NCBI GenBank assembly: GCA_963805625.1
Contig: CAWDVE010000012.1
Coordinates: forward strand, 1-64,000
Direction of reading: 5' to 3'
DNA length: 64,000 nucleotides
Origin: an uncultured Candidatus Rokubacteria bacterium
Lineage (GTDB): Bacteria > Methylomirabilota > Methylomirabilia > Rokubacteriales > DASRDR01
Both the position numbers and the translations under genes were made by a program. The notes under the pieces are model-generated. The model was given only the letters and a program-made list of their open reading frames with translations, made no database searches and had not been told where the DNA came from. Shown piece after piece: positions 37,893-47,695 of the stretch; within the stretch, counting starts at the first letter, position 1; each line of letters starts with the position of its first letter.

Positions 37893-40409
37893 ATGCCGCG
37901 ATACCGGTTTTGGTCTTATCCTCGCGGGGGGGCGCGCGGAGAGTTGGGACCTGTGCACGGGTCGACGGAAGCATCACCCGCGCGACTCCGGACCCGCCAG
38001 ATTCTTTTCACCGTCCCATTGTGGCTCGCCCTAACCTTCCTCGTCCAAGCCACCCCGCCGTGGCACCTCGACCGGGTGATCTGGGGTACGCAAGGGATGG
38101 ACGGGCGATTCAACCTGTGGGTCCTCTCCTGGGTTCACCACGCCCTGACCCACGCTCCCTTCACGCTCTTCGACGCGAACATCTTCTACCCGGCGCGCGA
38201 CACCCTGGCGCTCGGGGACCACCAGCTGGCGAACCAGCTCTTCTTCGCCCCGGCGTATGCCCTGACCGGGTCGCCCGTCATCGGCACGAACGCCGTCACC
38301 ACCGCCCAGTTCGCCCTGGCCGGGCTCGCCACCATGCTCCTCGCCCACCGGCTTTCCGGCTCGCTGGCCGCCGCGGTCGTGGCCGGAGCCATGTTCGCGT
38401 TCTCTCCGGTTCGGATGGTACAGCTCGGACGGCCGAGCCTCTTGGTCGCCTTCTGGACGCCCCTCGCCCTGTACTTCCTGGACCGTTTCCTGGAGAGTCG
38501 CACCTGGCGGGATCTCCTGGCCGGCAGCCTCTGCGTGGGGCTCCAATTCCTCGCCGCGGCGTACCACGGCTACTTCCTGCTCGTTGCGATCCTCGTGTGG
38601 GTCTGTGGCCGCGCCATCGCACGGCCCGAGGTGCGGCGAGTCGCCGTCCTCGCCAGGGGCATGCTGGGGCTGGGTCTGGCCGGAGCGCTGGTCCTGCCGT
38701 TCAGCCTGCCATATCTCCGGGTTCGCTCGGAGTACGGCGCACTGCAGGTGCCGCTCGAGGCTCTGAGCGAGGCGTCCGCCGGTTGGCTGAGTTACCTCGC
38801 GACGCGGCGTGACAACCTCCTGTACGGACGGGTTCTCGACTTCCCGCAGGCGGGATTCTCCGGCGGGTACGCCGGCGAGAAGTGGCTCTTCCCCGGATTT
38901 CTCTGCGTTGCGCTGACGGCCCTGGGCCTGGCCGTCTCGCTCCGGAGGACCGGCGTGGGCCACCGGCGGGCGTGGTTGCCCGCCGCGCTCGCGGCCACCG
39001 CCTTCCTCCTCTCACTGGGCCCTGTGATCCGCGTGGCGGCCCGGGCGGTGCCGTCGCCGTATCTGCTGCTGTGGCACTTCCTCCCCGGATTTTCGTCGAT
39101 TCGGGTCCCGGCCCGATTCGCGATGTTGGCGGCCCTCGGGCTCAGCCTCTCGGCCGCAGTGGGCTATCGCTGGGTCGAGGATCGGCTCACCGGCCGCACG
39201 CTTCGGCTCGCTGTGTTCGGCCTGGCCTTGGGCGTGGTCCTGCTGGAGTCGACGTTCTCCCATCTCCGCCCGGGGCCGGTTCCGACGCGGGCGCAGATCC
39301 CCGAGGAATACCGGTGGCTGGCCACGCACGGCGTCGGAGCCCTGTTGGAGTTGCCCACCGGCGAGGGCGACGACGCGGTGCAGTCCCTGGAGCGGGAGAC
39401 CTGGTACATGTATTTCAGCGTCTATCACTGGCGACCCCTGGTGAACGGGTACAGCGGCTACCCCCCTGCGCCCGCCGCCGACTTGCAGGAGCGCGTGGCC
39501 GCTCTGCCTTCGGCGGAGAGCCTGCGCTACCTCCAGGCCGTCGGCGTGCTGCAGATCTTGGTCCACCGCGACTCGCGCCGGTACGAGCCGCTGCTCGCCG
39601 GGGTTCGCGAGGTCGCCGGCGCGAGCCTCAAGGCGTTCCCGAGCGGCGGCGTGCTCGTGACCCTACCGGAGTTGCCCCGGGGAGAGGACGTCGACGCAGG
39701 CCTGCTCGTGCCCGACCGCCTGCGGGCCGGCGATGAGGCCTACCTTGCCGTGCTATTCACGAACCGCGGTTCGCGCCACTGGGTGAATCCGACCGAGCGG
39801 GCCTGCCGGGTCGCGCTCGAGTGGACGGTCGGGAGCGGCCACGTCCGGGCTCACGCGTCCATCCTGCCACCGGTCGCGCTGGATCCCGGGGAAAGCCGGG
39901 AGCGGCCCCTGCGTGTGGAAGTCCCTACGGGACCGGGGCCGGCGGGGCTGCACAGCACCGTGATCTGCAACTGGGATCCGCGCTCTCCGCGGCGGTGGGC
40001 TCAAGACGTGGGGCTCCAGCTCACGGACGACCTGGGGACCGGCGAGGAGGCGACGGAGGGCCTCGACGCCCGATACGTCGGATACGACCTGCCATCGGCC
40101 GCCTGCGCCGGCTGTTCCATCCTCATCCGGCTCCAGGCTCGGAACACGGGGGCTCTGGTCTGGAGGCGAGCAGGCCTGGTGCGGCTCGGCCTCCTCTGGA
40201 CGACGGAAGCCGGAGGGGTGGCTCTCGAGTGGCGTGCTTCCCTCCCACGCGATGTGTATCCCGGTCAAGTGGTCCCGATCGTGGCGCCGGTCCCCACACC
40301 TCGGGCCCCCGGCCGCTACCGCCTGATCGTGGACCTCCTCCAGGAAGGGAAGACGTGGTTCATGAACCGCGGGGTGACGCCGGTGGTCGCGACCATCACG
40401 CTCTCCTGA
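37893..40409 (+). CDS. GT-C/YfhO-like membrane protein with C-terminal Ig-like domains
   Basis: DGRFNLWVLSW, FDANIFYP, FAFSP, RVPARF, HWRPLVNGYSG; C-terminal NTGALVW...PGRYRLIVDL. Confidence 0.75.
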   Translation: MPRYRFWSYPRGGARGELGPVHGSTEASPARLRTRQILFTVPLWLALTFLVQATPPWHLDRVIWGTQGMDGRFNLWVLSWVHHALTHAPFTLFDANIFYPARDTLALGDHQLANQLFFAPAYALTGSPVIGTNAVTTAQFALAGLATMLLAHRLSGSLAAAVVAGAMFAFSPVRMVQLGRPSLLVAFWTPLALYFLDRFLESRTWRDLLAGSLCVGLQFLAAAYHGYFLLVAILVWVCGRAIARPEVRRVAVLARGMLGLGLAGALVLPFSLPYLRVRSEYGALQVPLEALSEASAGWLSYLATRRDNLLYGRVLDFPQAGFSGGYAGEKWLFPGFLCVALTALGLAVSLRRTGVGHRRAWLPAALAATAFLLSLGPVIRVAARAVPSPYLLLWHFLPGFSSIRVPARFAMLAALGLSLSAAVGYRWVEDRLTGRTLRLAVFGLALGVVLLESTFSHLRPGPVPTRAQIPEEYRWLATHGVGALLELPTGEGDDAVQSLERETWYMYFSVYHWRPLVNGYSGYPPAPAADLQERVAALPSAESLRYLQAVGVLQILVHRDSRRYEPLLAGVREVAGASLKAFPSGGVLVTLPELPRGEDVDAGLLVPDRLRAGDEAYLAVLFTNRGSRHWVNPTERACRVALEWTVGSGHVRAHASILPPVALDPGESRERPLRVEVPTGPGPAGLHSTVICNWDPRSPRRWAQDVGLQLTDDLGTGEEATEGLDARYVGYDLPSAACAGCSILIRLQARNTGALVWRRAGLVRLGLLWTTEAGGVALEWRASLPRDVYPGQVVPIVAPVPTPRAPGRYRLIVDLLQEGKTWFMNRGVTPVVATITLS

Positions 40410-40777
40410 ACGCCCCGCCGGAGTCGCGCAGCGCCTGAACCATCCTCGCCTGTCGGGCGGCGGCGACGGGTCGGCGCCCGGACCGGCGCGCTCAGTGGCC
40501 TCGCCGACGGGCTGCGGACGCTCCTGGCACGCGGGGCGGCGGGGCAGCGCTTCTCGACCCCCAGCTTGGCGAAGACGTGGTCCCCGCGCGTGAGCCCGGG
40601 CGCCTTCGGTGATGGGGCGTCGGGGAGCGCGTGGTGCTCGCGCGGAAGGTCCGTGACGGCCTCGGCGTTCCGGCAGGTCGGGACGGTCGGCGGGTCGTGG
40701 ACGACGGCGGGCTGGCCCGGTGCCGCGCCGAACCGGGGGGCCGTGAGGGGACCTGGGCTATCATGTGAGCCAGCCGG

Positions 40778-41602
40778 ATGACGCATCAGTCGACGCTTCG
40801 CCAGTTCCTGATCGGGCCGTTCCACCTGCTGCTCGCCCACCGTGGCACGATCCAGGCCTTCGTGCGGCGGGACATCCGCGGCCGCTACGTCGCGTCGGTC
40901 CTGGGGCTGTCGTGGGCGGTCATCCAGCCGCTCACCCTGCTGGCGCTCTACACCTTCGTCTTCGCCTACATCCTCAAGATCCGGCTGAGCGCGAGCGGGT
41001 CCACGGCGGGCTTCGCCGTCTACCTCATCTGCGGCATGCTGCCGTGGCTGGCGTTCGCCGAGGGCCTCGGCCGCTCAGCGACGGTGATCCTCGAGCACAC
41101 GCACCTCATCAAGAAGGTCGTCTTTCCCGCCGAGATCCTGCCAGCCTACGTGGTGGTCTCGGCCTTCGTGATGCAGCTCGTCGGCCTCGTCCTGCTCCTG
41201 GCGGGGGTCGGGCTCTTCTACCAGGGTCCGGGCTGGTCCCTCGTCCTGCTCCCGGTCGTTATCCTCCTCCAGTTCCTCCTCACCGTCGGGCTCGGCTGGT
41301 TCCTCGCCAGCGTCAACGTCTTCCTCCGCGACGTCGGCCAGGCCCTGGGACTGATCCTCACGGTCTGGATGTTCCTGACGCCGATCTTTTACCCGGCCGC
41401 GCTCGTGCCCGACCACGTCCGGTGGCTGCTCACGCTGAACCCGATGTTCCACGCGGTCGAGGCTTACCGGCGCGTCGTCCTCGATGCCCAGCCGCCGGAC
41501 GCCATCCACCTCGTCGTGCTGGCGGCGACGGCGCTGCCGGCGTTCCTGGCCGGCCACTGGTTCTTCCGCCGCTCGAAGCACGCGTTCGTGGACGTCCTCT
41601 GA
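40778..41602 (+). CDS. wzm: ABC-2 polysaccharide exporter permease
   Basis: RYVASVLGLSWAVIQP, LIKKVVFP, FLRDV, TPIFYP, LNPM. Confidence 0.93.
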   Translation: MTHQSTLRQFLIGPFHLLLAHRGTIQAFVRRDIRGRYVASVLGLSWAVIQPLTLLALYTFVFAYILKIRLSASGSTAGFAVYLICGMLPWLAFAEGLGRSATVILEHTHLIKKVVFPAEILPAYVVVSAFVMQLVGLVLLLAGVGLFYQGPGWSLVLLPVVILLQFLLTVGLGWFLASVNVFLRDVGQALGLILTVWMFLTPIFYPAALVPDHVRWLLTLNPMFHAVEAYRRVVLDAQPPDAIHLVVLAATALPAFLAGHWFFRRSKHAFVDVL

Positions 41603-42885
41603 TGCCCGGGCCGGCGGTCGAGCTCGAGCACGTCTCGAAGGCGTACAAGATCTACGCCCACCCCCGGCACCGCCTCCTCGAGGCGCTCACGCGGGGCCGG
41701 CGCCGGTACCACTCGGACTTCTGGGCGCTCCGGGACGTGACGGTCCAGGTGAACCGGGGCTCCACGCTCGGCATCATCGGGATGAACGGCTCGGGCAAGA
41801 GCACGCTGCTCCAGGTAGCAGCGGGGATCGTACAGCCCACCCAGGGCCGGGTGGCCGTCCAGGGGCGCGTCGCGTCGCTCCTGGAGCTGGGCGCCGGCTT
41901 CAATCCGGAGTTCACCGGCCGCGAGAACGTCCTCATGCACGGGGCGGTGCTCGGCTTCAGCCGCGAGGAGATGACCCGGCGGCTGCCCGCCATCCAGGCC
42001 TTCGCCGAGATCGGCCCGTTCTTCGACCAACCGGTCAAGACGTACTCGAGCGGCATGTTCGTGCGGCTCGCCTTCGCGGGCGCGATCCACATCGACCCCG
42101 ACGTCCTCCTCGTCGACGAGGCGCTGGCCGTGGGCGACGCGGTCTTCCAGCACCGGTGCATCCGCCGCATCCGGGAGTTCCAGGAGCAGGGCAAGACGAT
42201 CCTGTTCGTGAGCCACGACATGGCGATGGTCAAGGCCGTCTGCTCGCGGGCGGTCTTCCTCGACGCCGGCCGGGTGCAGGCCGACGGGGAGCCCGGCGAG
42301 ATCGCCCAGCTCTACCACGCCCACGTGGCCGGCCTCGAGGCCCGGCGGCGCGAGCTCGCGCCGGCCGCCGGCCAGGCGCCGGCGGGCGGGCGACCGGCGG
42401 CCTTCCGGGCCGACCCGGCCTTCGACCAGCGGGTCGGGCTGTTCCGCCACGGCACCGGTGCCGCCCGCATCCGGAACGTCGAGGTGCTCGACGAGGAGGG
42501 GCGCCCCATCGCGGCGGCCGAGTTCGACCAGCCGGTCACGCTGCGCGTGCACCTCGAGTTCCACGCCGAAACGCCTTACAGCATCCTGGGATACTATCTG
42601 CGCGACAAGACCGGCACCGACGTGGTGGGAACGAACACCTACGAGGAGAACGTGCCGATGCCGACGCGGCAGGCCGGCGATACGCTGGTGGTCGACTTCC
42701 GGCAGCGGTGGCCGCTCATGCCTGGCAGCTACAGCGTGACGGTGGCCCTGGCCTACAATCGCGTCTCCCCCGCCTATTTCGACTGGATCGACAACGCCCT
42801 GGTGGTGGAGGTGCTGCCGCCGCCGGGCGGCAAGGCCATCCACGCGAAGGTTTGGCTGCCGGTCGAGATCGACGTGCACCGCTGA
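41602..42885 (+). CDS. wzt: ABC polysaccharide exporter ATPase with Wzt C-terminal carbohydrate-binding domain
   Basis: GMNGSGKST, YSSGM, LLVDEALAVGD, VSHD, then a GTGAARI-led beta-sandwich extension. Confidence 0.94.
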   Translation: MPGPAVELEHVSKAYKIYAHPRHRLLEALTRGRRRYHSDFWALRDVTVQVNRGSTLGIIGMNGSGKSTLLQVAAGIVQPTQGRVAVQGRVASLLELGAGFNPEFTGRENVLMHGAVLGFSREEMTRRLPAIQAFAEIGPFFDQPVKTYSSGMFVRLAFAGAIHIDPDVLLVDEALAVGDAVFQHRCIRRIREFQEQGKTILFVSHDMAMVKAVCSRAVFLDAGRVQADGEPGEIAQLYHAHVAGLEARRRELAPAAGQAPAGGRPAAFRADPAFDQRVGLFRHGTGAARIRNVEVLDEEGRPIAAAEFDQPVTLRVHLEFHAETPYSILGYYLRDKTGTDVVGTNTYEENVPMPTRQAGDTLVVDFRQRWPLMPGSYSVTVALAYNRVSPAYFDWIDNALVVEVLPPPGGKAIHAKVWLPVEIDVHR

Positions 42886-42889
42886 CGCC

Positions 42890-44038
42890 ATGACGGAGCG
42901 CTACCGGGGCCACCTCGACGACGGCGCGGACAACGCGCACACACGCGTGGTCCGCCTGGTGGGCGAGCGGACGAATGTGCTGGAACTGGGCTGCGCGAGC
43001 GGCTACATGTCCCGGGCGCTCGTCGAGCGACGCGGCTGTCGGGTGACGGGCGTCGAGCGGGACGCCGACGCGGCCGAGTCCGCGCGGAAGGCATGCAGCC
43101 GCGTGATCGTGGCCGACGTCGAGACGCCCGATTGGTCGGCCGAGCTCGGCGGTGAGCGCTTCGACGTGGCCGTTTGCGCGGACGTTCTGGAGCACCTCCG
43201 CGACCCTGTCGCGCTGCTCCGCCGTCTGCGGGAGCACCTGGCCCCGGCCGGCTACGTCGTGGCGTCGATCCCCAACGTCGCGCACGCGGCGGTCCTCGCC
43301 GAGCTCCTGCAAGGCCGCTTCCCGTACCGGCCCATCGGACTCCTGGACGAGACGCACCTCCGGTTCTTCACCCGCGAGAGCGTCTTCGAGTGCTTCGAGC
43401 GGGCCGGCTTCGTCGTCGCTCACCTGGAGCGCGTCCAGGTCGAGCCCGAGGCGACCGAGTTCAGGACCGACCCGGCGCGACTTCCGCCGGAGGTGTGGCG
43501 GGCCATCCGCGCCGGCGAAGAGAGCACGACCTACCAGTTCGTGCTCACCGCCCGTCCAGCCGGGGACGGCGGCGGCACGATCCCGATCCGCGAGGCGCTC
43601 GCCGACGCCGGGTTGACCATGAGGGCCCGCGGCGGCCCGCTCGCGCCGGGGACCGCGGACGAGGCGGCCTACTGGCGCTGCCGGGTCGACGGCCTGATCG
43701 AGGCTCTGCTGGGTCGGCTCCGGTTCCTCGAGGCGGACCGCGACCGGCGCACCGTGGAGCTGGAGGAGCAGCGCGCGCAGATGGTCCATCACGAGACCCA
43801 CGCCCGCCTCCTCGAGACCCACGCCCGCCTCCTCCAGGACGAGATCGACCGCCGCGACGCGCGCGACGACGCGCGGCTCGAAGAGATCCGGCTCCTCGAG
43901 GCCCAGCTGGCGGAGGTGAAGTCCGGCGCCGGCTGGCGGTTCCTCGAGCGGGTCCGCCGGATCCGGGCCGCCAGCGCCCCGCCGGGCACCTGGCGGGAGC
44001 GCCTCTACGTGCGCTTGGTGGGGGGCGGCCGTCCGTGA
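42890..44038 (+). CDS. SAM methyltransferase with C-terminal coiled coil (candidate chain terminator)
   Basis: VLELGCASG, ADVLEHLRDP, SIPNVAH, GLLDETHLRFFT; charged heptad-rich tail. Confidence 0.85.
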   Translation: MTERYRGHLDDGADNAHTRVVRLVGERTNVLELGCASGYMSRALVERRGCRVTGVERDADAAESARKACSRVIVADVETPDWSAELGGERFDVAVCADVLEHLRDPVALLRRLREHLAPAGYVVASIPNVAHAAVLAELLQGRFPYRPIGLLDETHLRFFTRESVFECFERAGFVVAHLERVQVEPEATEFRTDPARLPPEVWRAIRAGEESTTYQFVLTARPAGDGGGTIPIREALADAGLTMRARGGPLAPGTADEAAYWRCRVDGLIEALLGRLRFLEADRDRRTVELEEQRAQMVHHETHARLLETHARLLQDEIDRRDARDDARLEEIRLLEAQLAEVKSGAGWRFLERVRRIRAASAPPGTWRERLYVRLVGGGRP

Positions 44039-44787
44039 TGGAGCGGGCCGAGCCGACGGCCGGCGAGCGCGCGGCGCGCGAGGTCGCGCACTGGCGCCGC
44101 GTCGCCGAGCGAGCCGAGCTGTACTGGGGCTGGGGGACGCCGGCCGGCCAGCGGCGCGCGGCGCGCCGGGTGCGCTTCCTGCTAGAGCGGGCGGCCATCA
44201 CCCCGAGCTCCCACTGCCTCGAAGTAGGCTGCGGCACCGGGCTCTTCACCGAGGCGCTGGCCGCGACGGGCGCCCGGATCGACGCCCTGGACCTCTCGTC
44301 CGACCTGCTTGCCCGGGCCCGGCGCCGGGTCGACCGTCCGAACGTCGCCTTCGTTCTCGGCAACGCGGAGACCGGAGAGGGGTTCCGCGGCCCCTACGAC
44401 GCCGTCGTCGGGATCAGCGTCCTCCACCACCTGGACCTTTCGGCGGCGCTCCCGGCGCTGACCCGCGTGCTCCGGCCGGGCGGGCGGTTCGTCTTCAGCG
44501 AGCCGAACATGCGCAACCCGCAGGTCTGGCTCCAGAAGCGCGTCGGCTGGGTCAAGCGGCTGGCGGGGGACTCGCCCGACGAGACTGCCTTCTACCGCGG
44601 CGAGCTCGCAGCCCTGCTCGAGCGCCACGGCCTCTCGCGCGTGGAGGTCGTGGCCTTCGACTGGCTCCATCCCTCGACACCGCGGCCGCTGATCCCGCTG
44701 ATGGAGGGTCTCGGCCGCGCGCTGGAGCGGGTGCCCGGCCTCCGCCAGTTCGCGGGCAGCCTGGCCCTCAGCGCGGTCAAACAGTAG
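44038..44787 (+). CDS. Class I SAM methyltransferase
   Basis: LEVGCGTG, ALDLS, SVLHHL, LRPGG.FVFSEPN. Confidence 0.88.
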   Translation: MERAEPTAGERAAREVAHWRRVAERAELYWGWGTPAGQRRAARRVRFLLERAAITPSSHCLEVGCGTGLFTEALAATGARIDALDLSSDLLARARRRVDRPNVAFVLGNAETGEGFRGPYDAVVGISVLHHLDLSAALPALTRVLRPGGRFVFSEPNMRNPQVWLQKRVGWVKRLAGDSPDETAFYRGELAALLERHGLSRVEVVAFDWLHPSTPRPLIPLMEGLGRALERVPGLRQFAGSLALSAVKQ

Positions 44788-44800
44788 GTCGTCGGCCCGC

Positions 44801-44852
44801 TTCGCCTACGACCCCGCCCTTCGTCGGCGGCGTCAACGTCGGCGCCGAGTGA
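44801..44852 (+). pseudogene. Short remnant of an FG-GAP-like repeat
   Basis: TTC GCC TAC GAC CCC GCC, one extra C, TTC GTC GGC GGC GTC AAC GTC GGC GCC GAG TGA = FAYDPA/FVGGVNVGAE*. Confidence 0.7.
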
Positions 44853-46500
44853 CGGCGCCGAGACGCGAGCGCACCCGCGGCCACAGCTCCCCCCAGCCGC
44901 CCGCCCAGTAGAGGTAGGCCGCGCGCTGGGTGAGGCTCTTCTGCGGGTTCCGGACGTCGGCGACCGGCCGGGCGCAGTACGTCCGGAGCGCGAGACTGCC
45001 CGCGGCTCGGCGGTCGCCCAGGCTTAACGCGCCGAACTCCCGCGCGGTCGCCGCGCTGGCCCACGCGGTGACGGCATTGCCGGCCGACCCGCCCGGCGCC
45101 TCCAAGGACAGCAGGTAGCGCCGACCGCCGGAGCCCGCGATCGGCTCGAACTCGAAGCGGCGGAAGGCGTTGTCCACGACGTCCGCGGCGTCGAAGCGCT
45201 GGACGACCACCGCCCGGCCCGATTGTGCCTCGGTGAGGCGGAGGATCACCTCGCCCGTGTTCACCCGCCCGAAAGTCGCGAACTGAACCTCGACGGCCGA
45301 GAGATGGTCCCGCCGCGGGCGGAAGGGCTGCCGGAGCACGGCGCCGGCCACCAGCTCGCCCACCGGCACCTGTCCGAGGGGCTGGGCGACATCAGGCTCG
45401 GGGCGCAGCTGGAAGCGGGGCAGCGTCGCCTGCTTCTGCCCGATGAAGGTGACGTATTCGGCGCCGTCCGGATAGGCCTCGCGCCACGCGTGGTAGAGCA
45501 GGCCGACGATCTCCTGCGCGTGCTCGAATGCCGCCGGCGCTTTTCCCTGGTGGAGCCAGTACGCGGTGCTCAGCATGTCGAGGAACGTATATCGCGTGTC
45601 GAGGTACCGGATGTGGAGGAACCGCTGCGCCTGGAGGAGAGTCTCCCCGAGGCTCACGTCCTCGTGCGCCGACCCGCCCGTGGGGAACCCGGCCATCACA
45701 TCGGGATCGCTCACCCGGTGCTTCGGGACCACCTGGGTCTCGACCCAGCGCCCGAGCGACGCGGCCAGCCGATCGGCCTGGTCGTTCCGCTGGTGGTGGT
45801 CGTCGACCGCGAGGCAGCCCCCGACCTTCAGCACCCGGTAGACCTCCTCCATGCGTCGAGCCAGCTCCGGGATGTGGTGCAGGCTGTGGAGGGCGTATGC
45901 CACGTCGAAGGCCTCGTCGCGGAACCGGACGAACCCGAGCCCGGCGCAGAGATACTCGACGAAGACGCCGGCCCCGATCGCGTAGCGCTTCGCCAGCCGG
46001 ATCACATCGAGCGACGGGTCGAACGCGACCACCTCGAAGCCGCGCCGGGCGAGGTAGAGTGACGACCAGCCGGCGCCGCAGCCGATGTCCAGCACGGTCC
46101 GACAGTCCCGGATCAGCGGATGGTCGGCCATGAAGGAGTGCGGGCCCTGGCGCTCGCCCGGCGGCTGGGGCGAGGTCTCGAACACCCCGTGGGCGAGGAA
46201 GGGGGGGAATCCGTCGCGCAGGTCGAAGTGGCCGCGGAGCCCCTGGCCGAGCGCAAAGCGGTAGAAGCTCCCCCAGTAGCGGCCGTCGGCCTTCACGCCC
46301 TCGGGCATGAGGGCGTTGTAGGAGAGAACGTAGTCCTCGATCGGCAGCGCGAGACCGCACCGGCACTCGACGGCCCCCGCCTTCACCTCCTCGACGGGTC
46401 CGGCGGCGTAGCCGACCCGCTCGACCTCCCGAGCGGCGAGCCCGAGGTCGTCGGCGCCGCAGCGGGGACACCGGAGGACGCTCAAGAGTTCCCGGCGCAT
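44833..46500 (-). CDS. Trm112-like Zn-finger, SAM methyltransferase and C-terminal beta-sandwich domain
   Basis: LLSVLRCPRC...ECRC, VLDIGCGAG, SLHHI, LKVGG; C-terminal QPFRP...LSAVEV. Confidence 0.82.
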   Translation of the reverse strand: MRRELLSVLRCPRCGADDLGLAAREVERVGYAAGPVEEVKAGAVECRCGLALPIEDYVLSYNALMPEGVKADGRYWGSFYRFALGQGLRGHFDLRDGFPPFLAHGVFETSPQPPGERQGPHSFMADHPLIRDCRTVLDIGCGAGWSSLYLARRGFEVVAFDPSLDVIRLAKRYAIGAGVFVEYLCAGLGFVRFRDEAFDVAYALHSLHHIPELARRMEEVYRVLKVGGCLAVDDHHQRNDQADRLAASLGRWVETQVVPKHRVSDPDVMAGFPTGGSAHEDVSLGETLLQAQRFLHIRYLDTRYTFLDMLSTAYWLHQGKAPAAFEHAQEIVGLLYHAWREAYPDGAEYVTFIGQKQATLPRFQLRPEPDVAQPLGQVPVGELVAGAVLRQPFRPRRDHLSAVEVQFATFGRVNTGEVILRLTEAQSGRAVVVQRFDAADVVDNAFRRFEFEPIAGSGGRRYLLSLEAPGGSAGNAVTAWASAATAREFGALSLGDRRAAGSLALRTYCARPVADVRNPQKSLTQRAAYLYWAGGWGELWPRVRSRLGAVTRRRR

Positions 46501-46504
46501 GGCG

Positions 46505-47695
46505 CTACAGCTCCACCTTGTTGACGAAGTCGAGAACGAAGGCCGGCTCGCCCCGCAAGATCTCCCCCACCCGACGCGCCCGCGTGTCGGGCTCGAAGCG
46601 GAGCTTGCTCGCGCACAGGGCCTGGAGCGCTTGGGCGATCTCGCCGGGCCGGCGGTCCCCCGTCACGACCCAGAGCCGGCGGTACATCGCCTCCAGCGTG
46701 TCGAGGGTGTAAAGGGGGGCGTAGCGCACCGGGTCGAAGTGCGACAACTCCCCCACCGAGAAGCGGAGGATCACGCCGTCGCCGACGACGCGCCGGCGCT
46801 GGAGCCGGCGCCGGGCGCCCCAGAAGCGGGGCAGCTCGAGCCACGCCCGGGCCATCGCCCGCACGCCGGTGGTCCAGAACGGCTGGCGGCGGAGCGCCTT
46901 GGCGAGGTGCGTGAGGGTCCGGCGGGCGAGGACGCGGAGGGCCCGGCGCGTCTCAAAGTTCTTCACGATCGTCCGCAGGAGGTTCCGCTCGATCAGGTAG
47001 TACTTGAACGAGTAGTCGAGGTGGCGGACCGACGCCGAGTGGACGTGGGCGACGACGGCCCGGGGCGCGGTGCGGAAGTGCCAGCCGAGCATATCGGCGC
47101 GGTAGCACCAGTCCACGTCCTCGTAGTACATGAAGTAGCGCTCGTCGAGGGGTCCGACCGCGTCCTCCGCGAAGGCCGCCTTCCGGAACAGCGCGGCGGC
47201 GAAGCAGGCGCCGAATACCCGCTCGCTGACGTCGTACTGGCCGACGTCGAGCTGGCCGATCCCCATGTTGTACGCGGCGCCGGCCCCGTTGATGAGGGTC
47301 CCGACGTTGTCGATGAGGTGGCGGTCGTGCATGAACACCGTCTTGGGCGCCACCCCGGCGGTCCGCTCGTCCTGCCGGAGGACCTTGAGCAGCTCGGCGA
47401 CGCAGGTGGGCTCCAGGTCGACGTCGAAGTTCAGCAGCAGGACCAGCTCGCCCCGGGCCGCCTGGATCCCCCGGTTCATCCCGCCCGCGAAGCCGTAGTT
47501 GCGATCGAGCCGCACGAGCCGCACGTCGGGGTGGGCGGCCGTCACCGCCTCGAGCGACCCCGGCCGGGACCCGTTGTCGACGAGGAGGATCTCGAGACGG
47601 CCGTACGTCTGGGTGGCTAGCGAGCCCACGCAGCGTCCGAGGGTCTCGGCCTCGGCGTGGTAGTTCAGCACGATGGCGGAGATCAGCGGATCCAC
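46505..47695 (-). CDS. Glycosyltransferase family 2
   Basis: SAIVLNY, VDNGS, NYGFAGG, LLNFD, YFMYYEDVDWC. Confidence 0.9.
   Translation of the reverse strand: MDPLISAIVLNYHAEAETLGRCVGSLATQTYGRLEILLVDNGSRPGSLEAVTAAHPDVRLVRLDRNYGFAGGMNRGIQAARGELVLLLNFDVDLEPTCVAELLKVLRQDERTAGVAPKTVFMHDRHLIDNVGTLINGAGAAYNMGIGQLDVGQYDVSERVFGACFAAALFRKAAFAEDAVGPLDERYFMYYEDVDWCYRADMLGWHFRTAPRAVVAHVHSASVRHLDYSFKYYLIERNLLRTIVKNFETRRALRVLARRTLTHLAKALRRQPFWTTGVRAMARAWLELPRFWGARRRLQRRRVVGDGVILRFSVGELSHFDPVRYAPLYTLDTLEAMYRRLWVVTGDRRPGEIAQALQALCASKLRFEPDTRARRVGEILRGEPAFVLDFVNKVEL

Noticed and set aside
40410-40777. Possible gene remnant or structured RNA upstream of wzm
   Set aside because: No recognisable motif, JUMPStart/ops element or convincing fold could be supported by eye.
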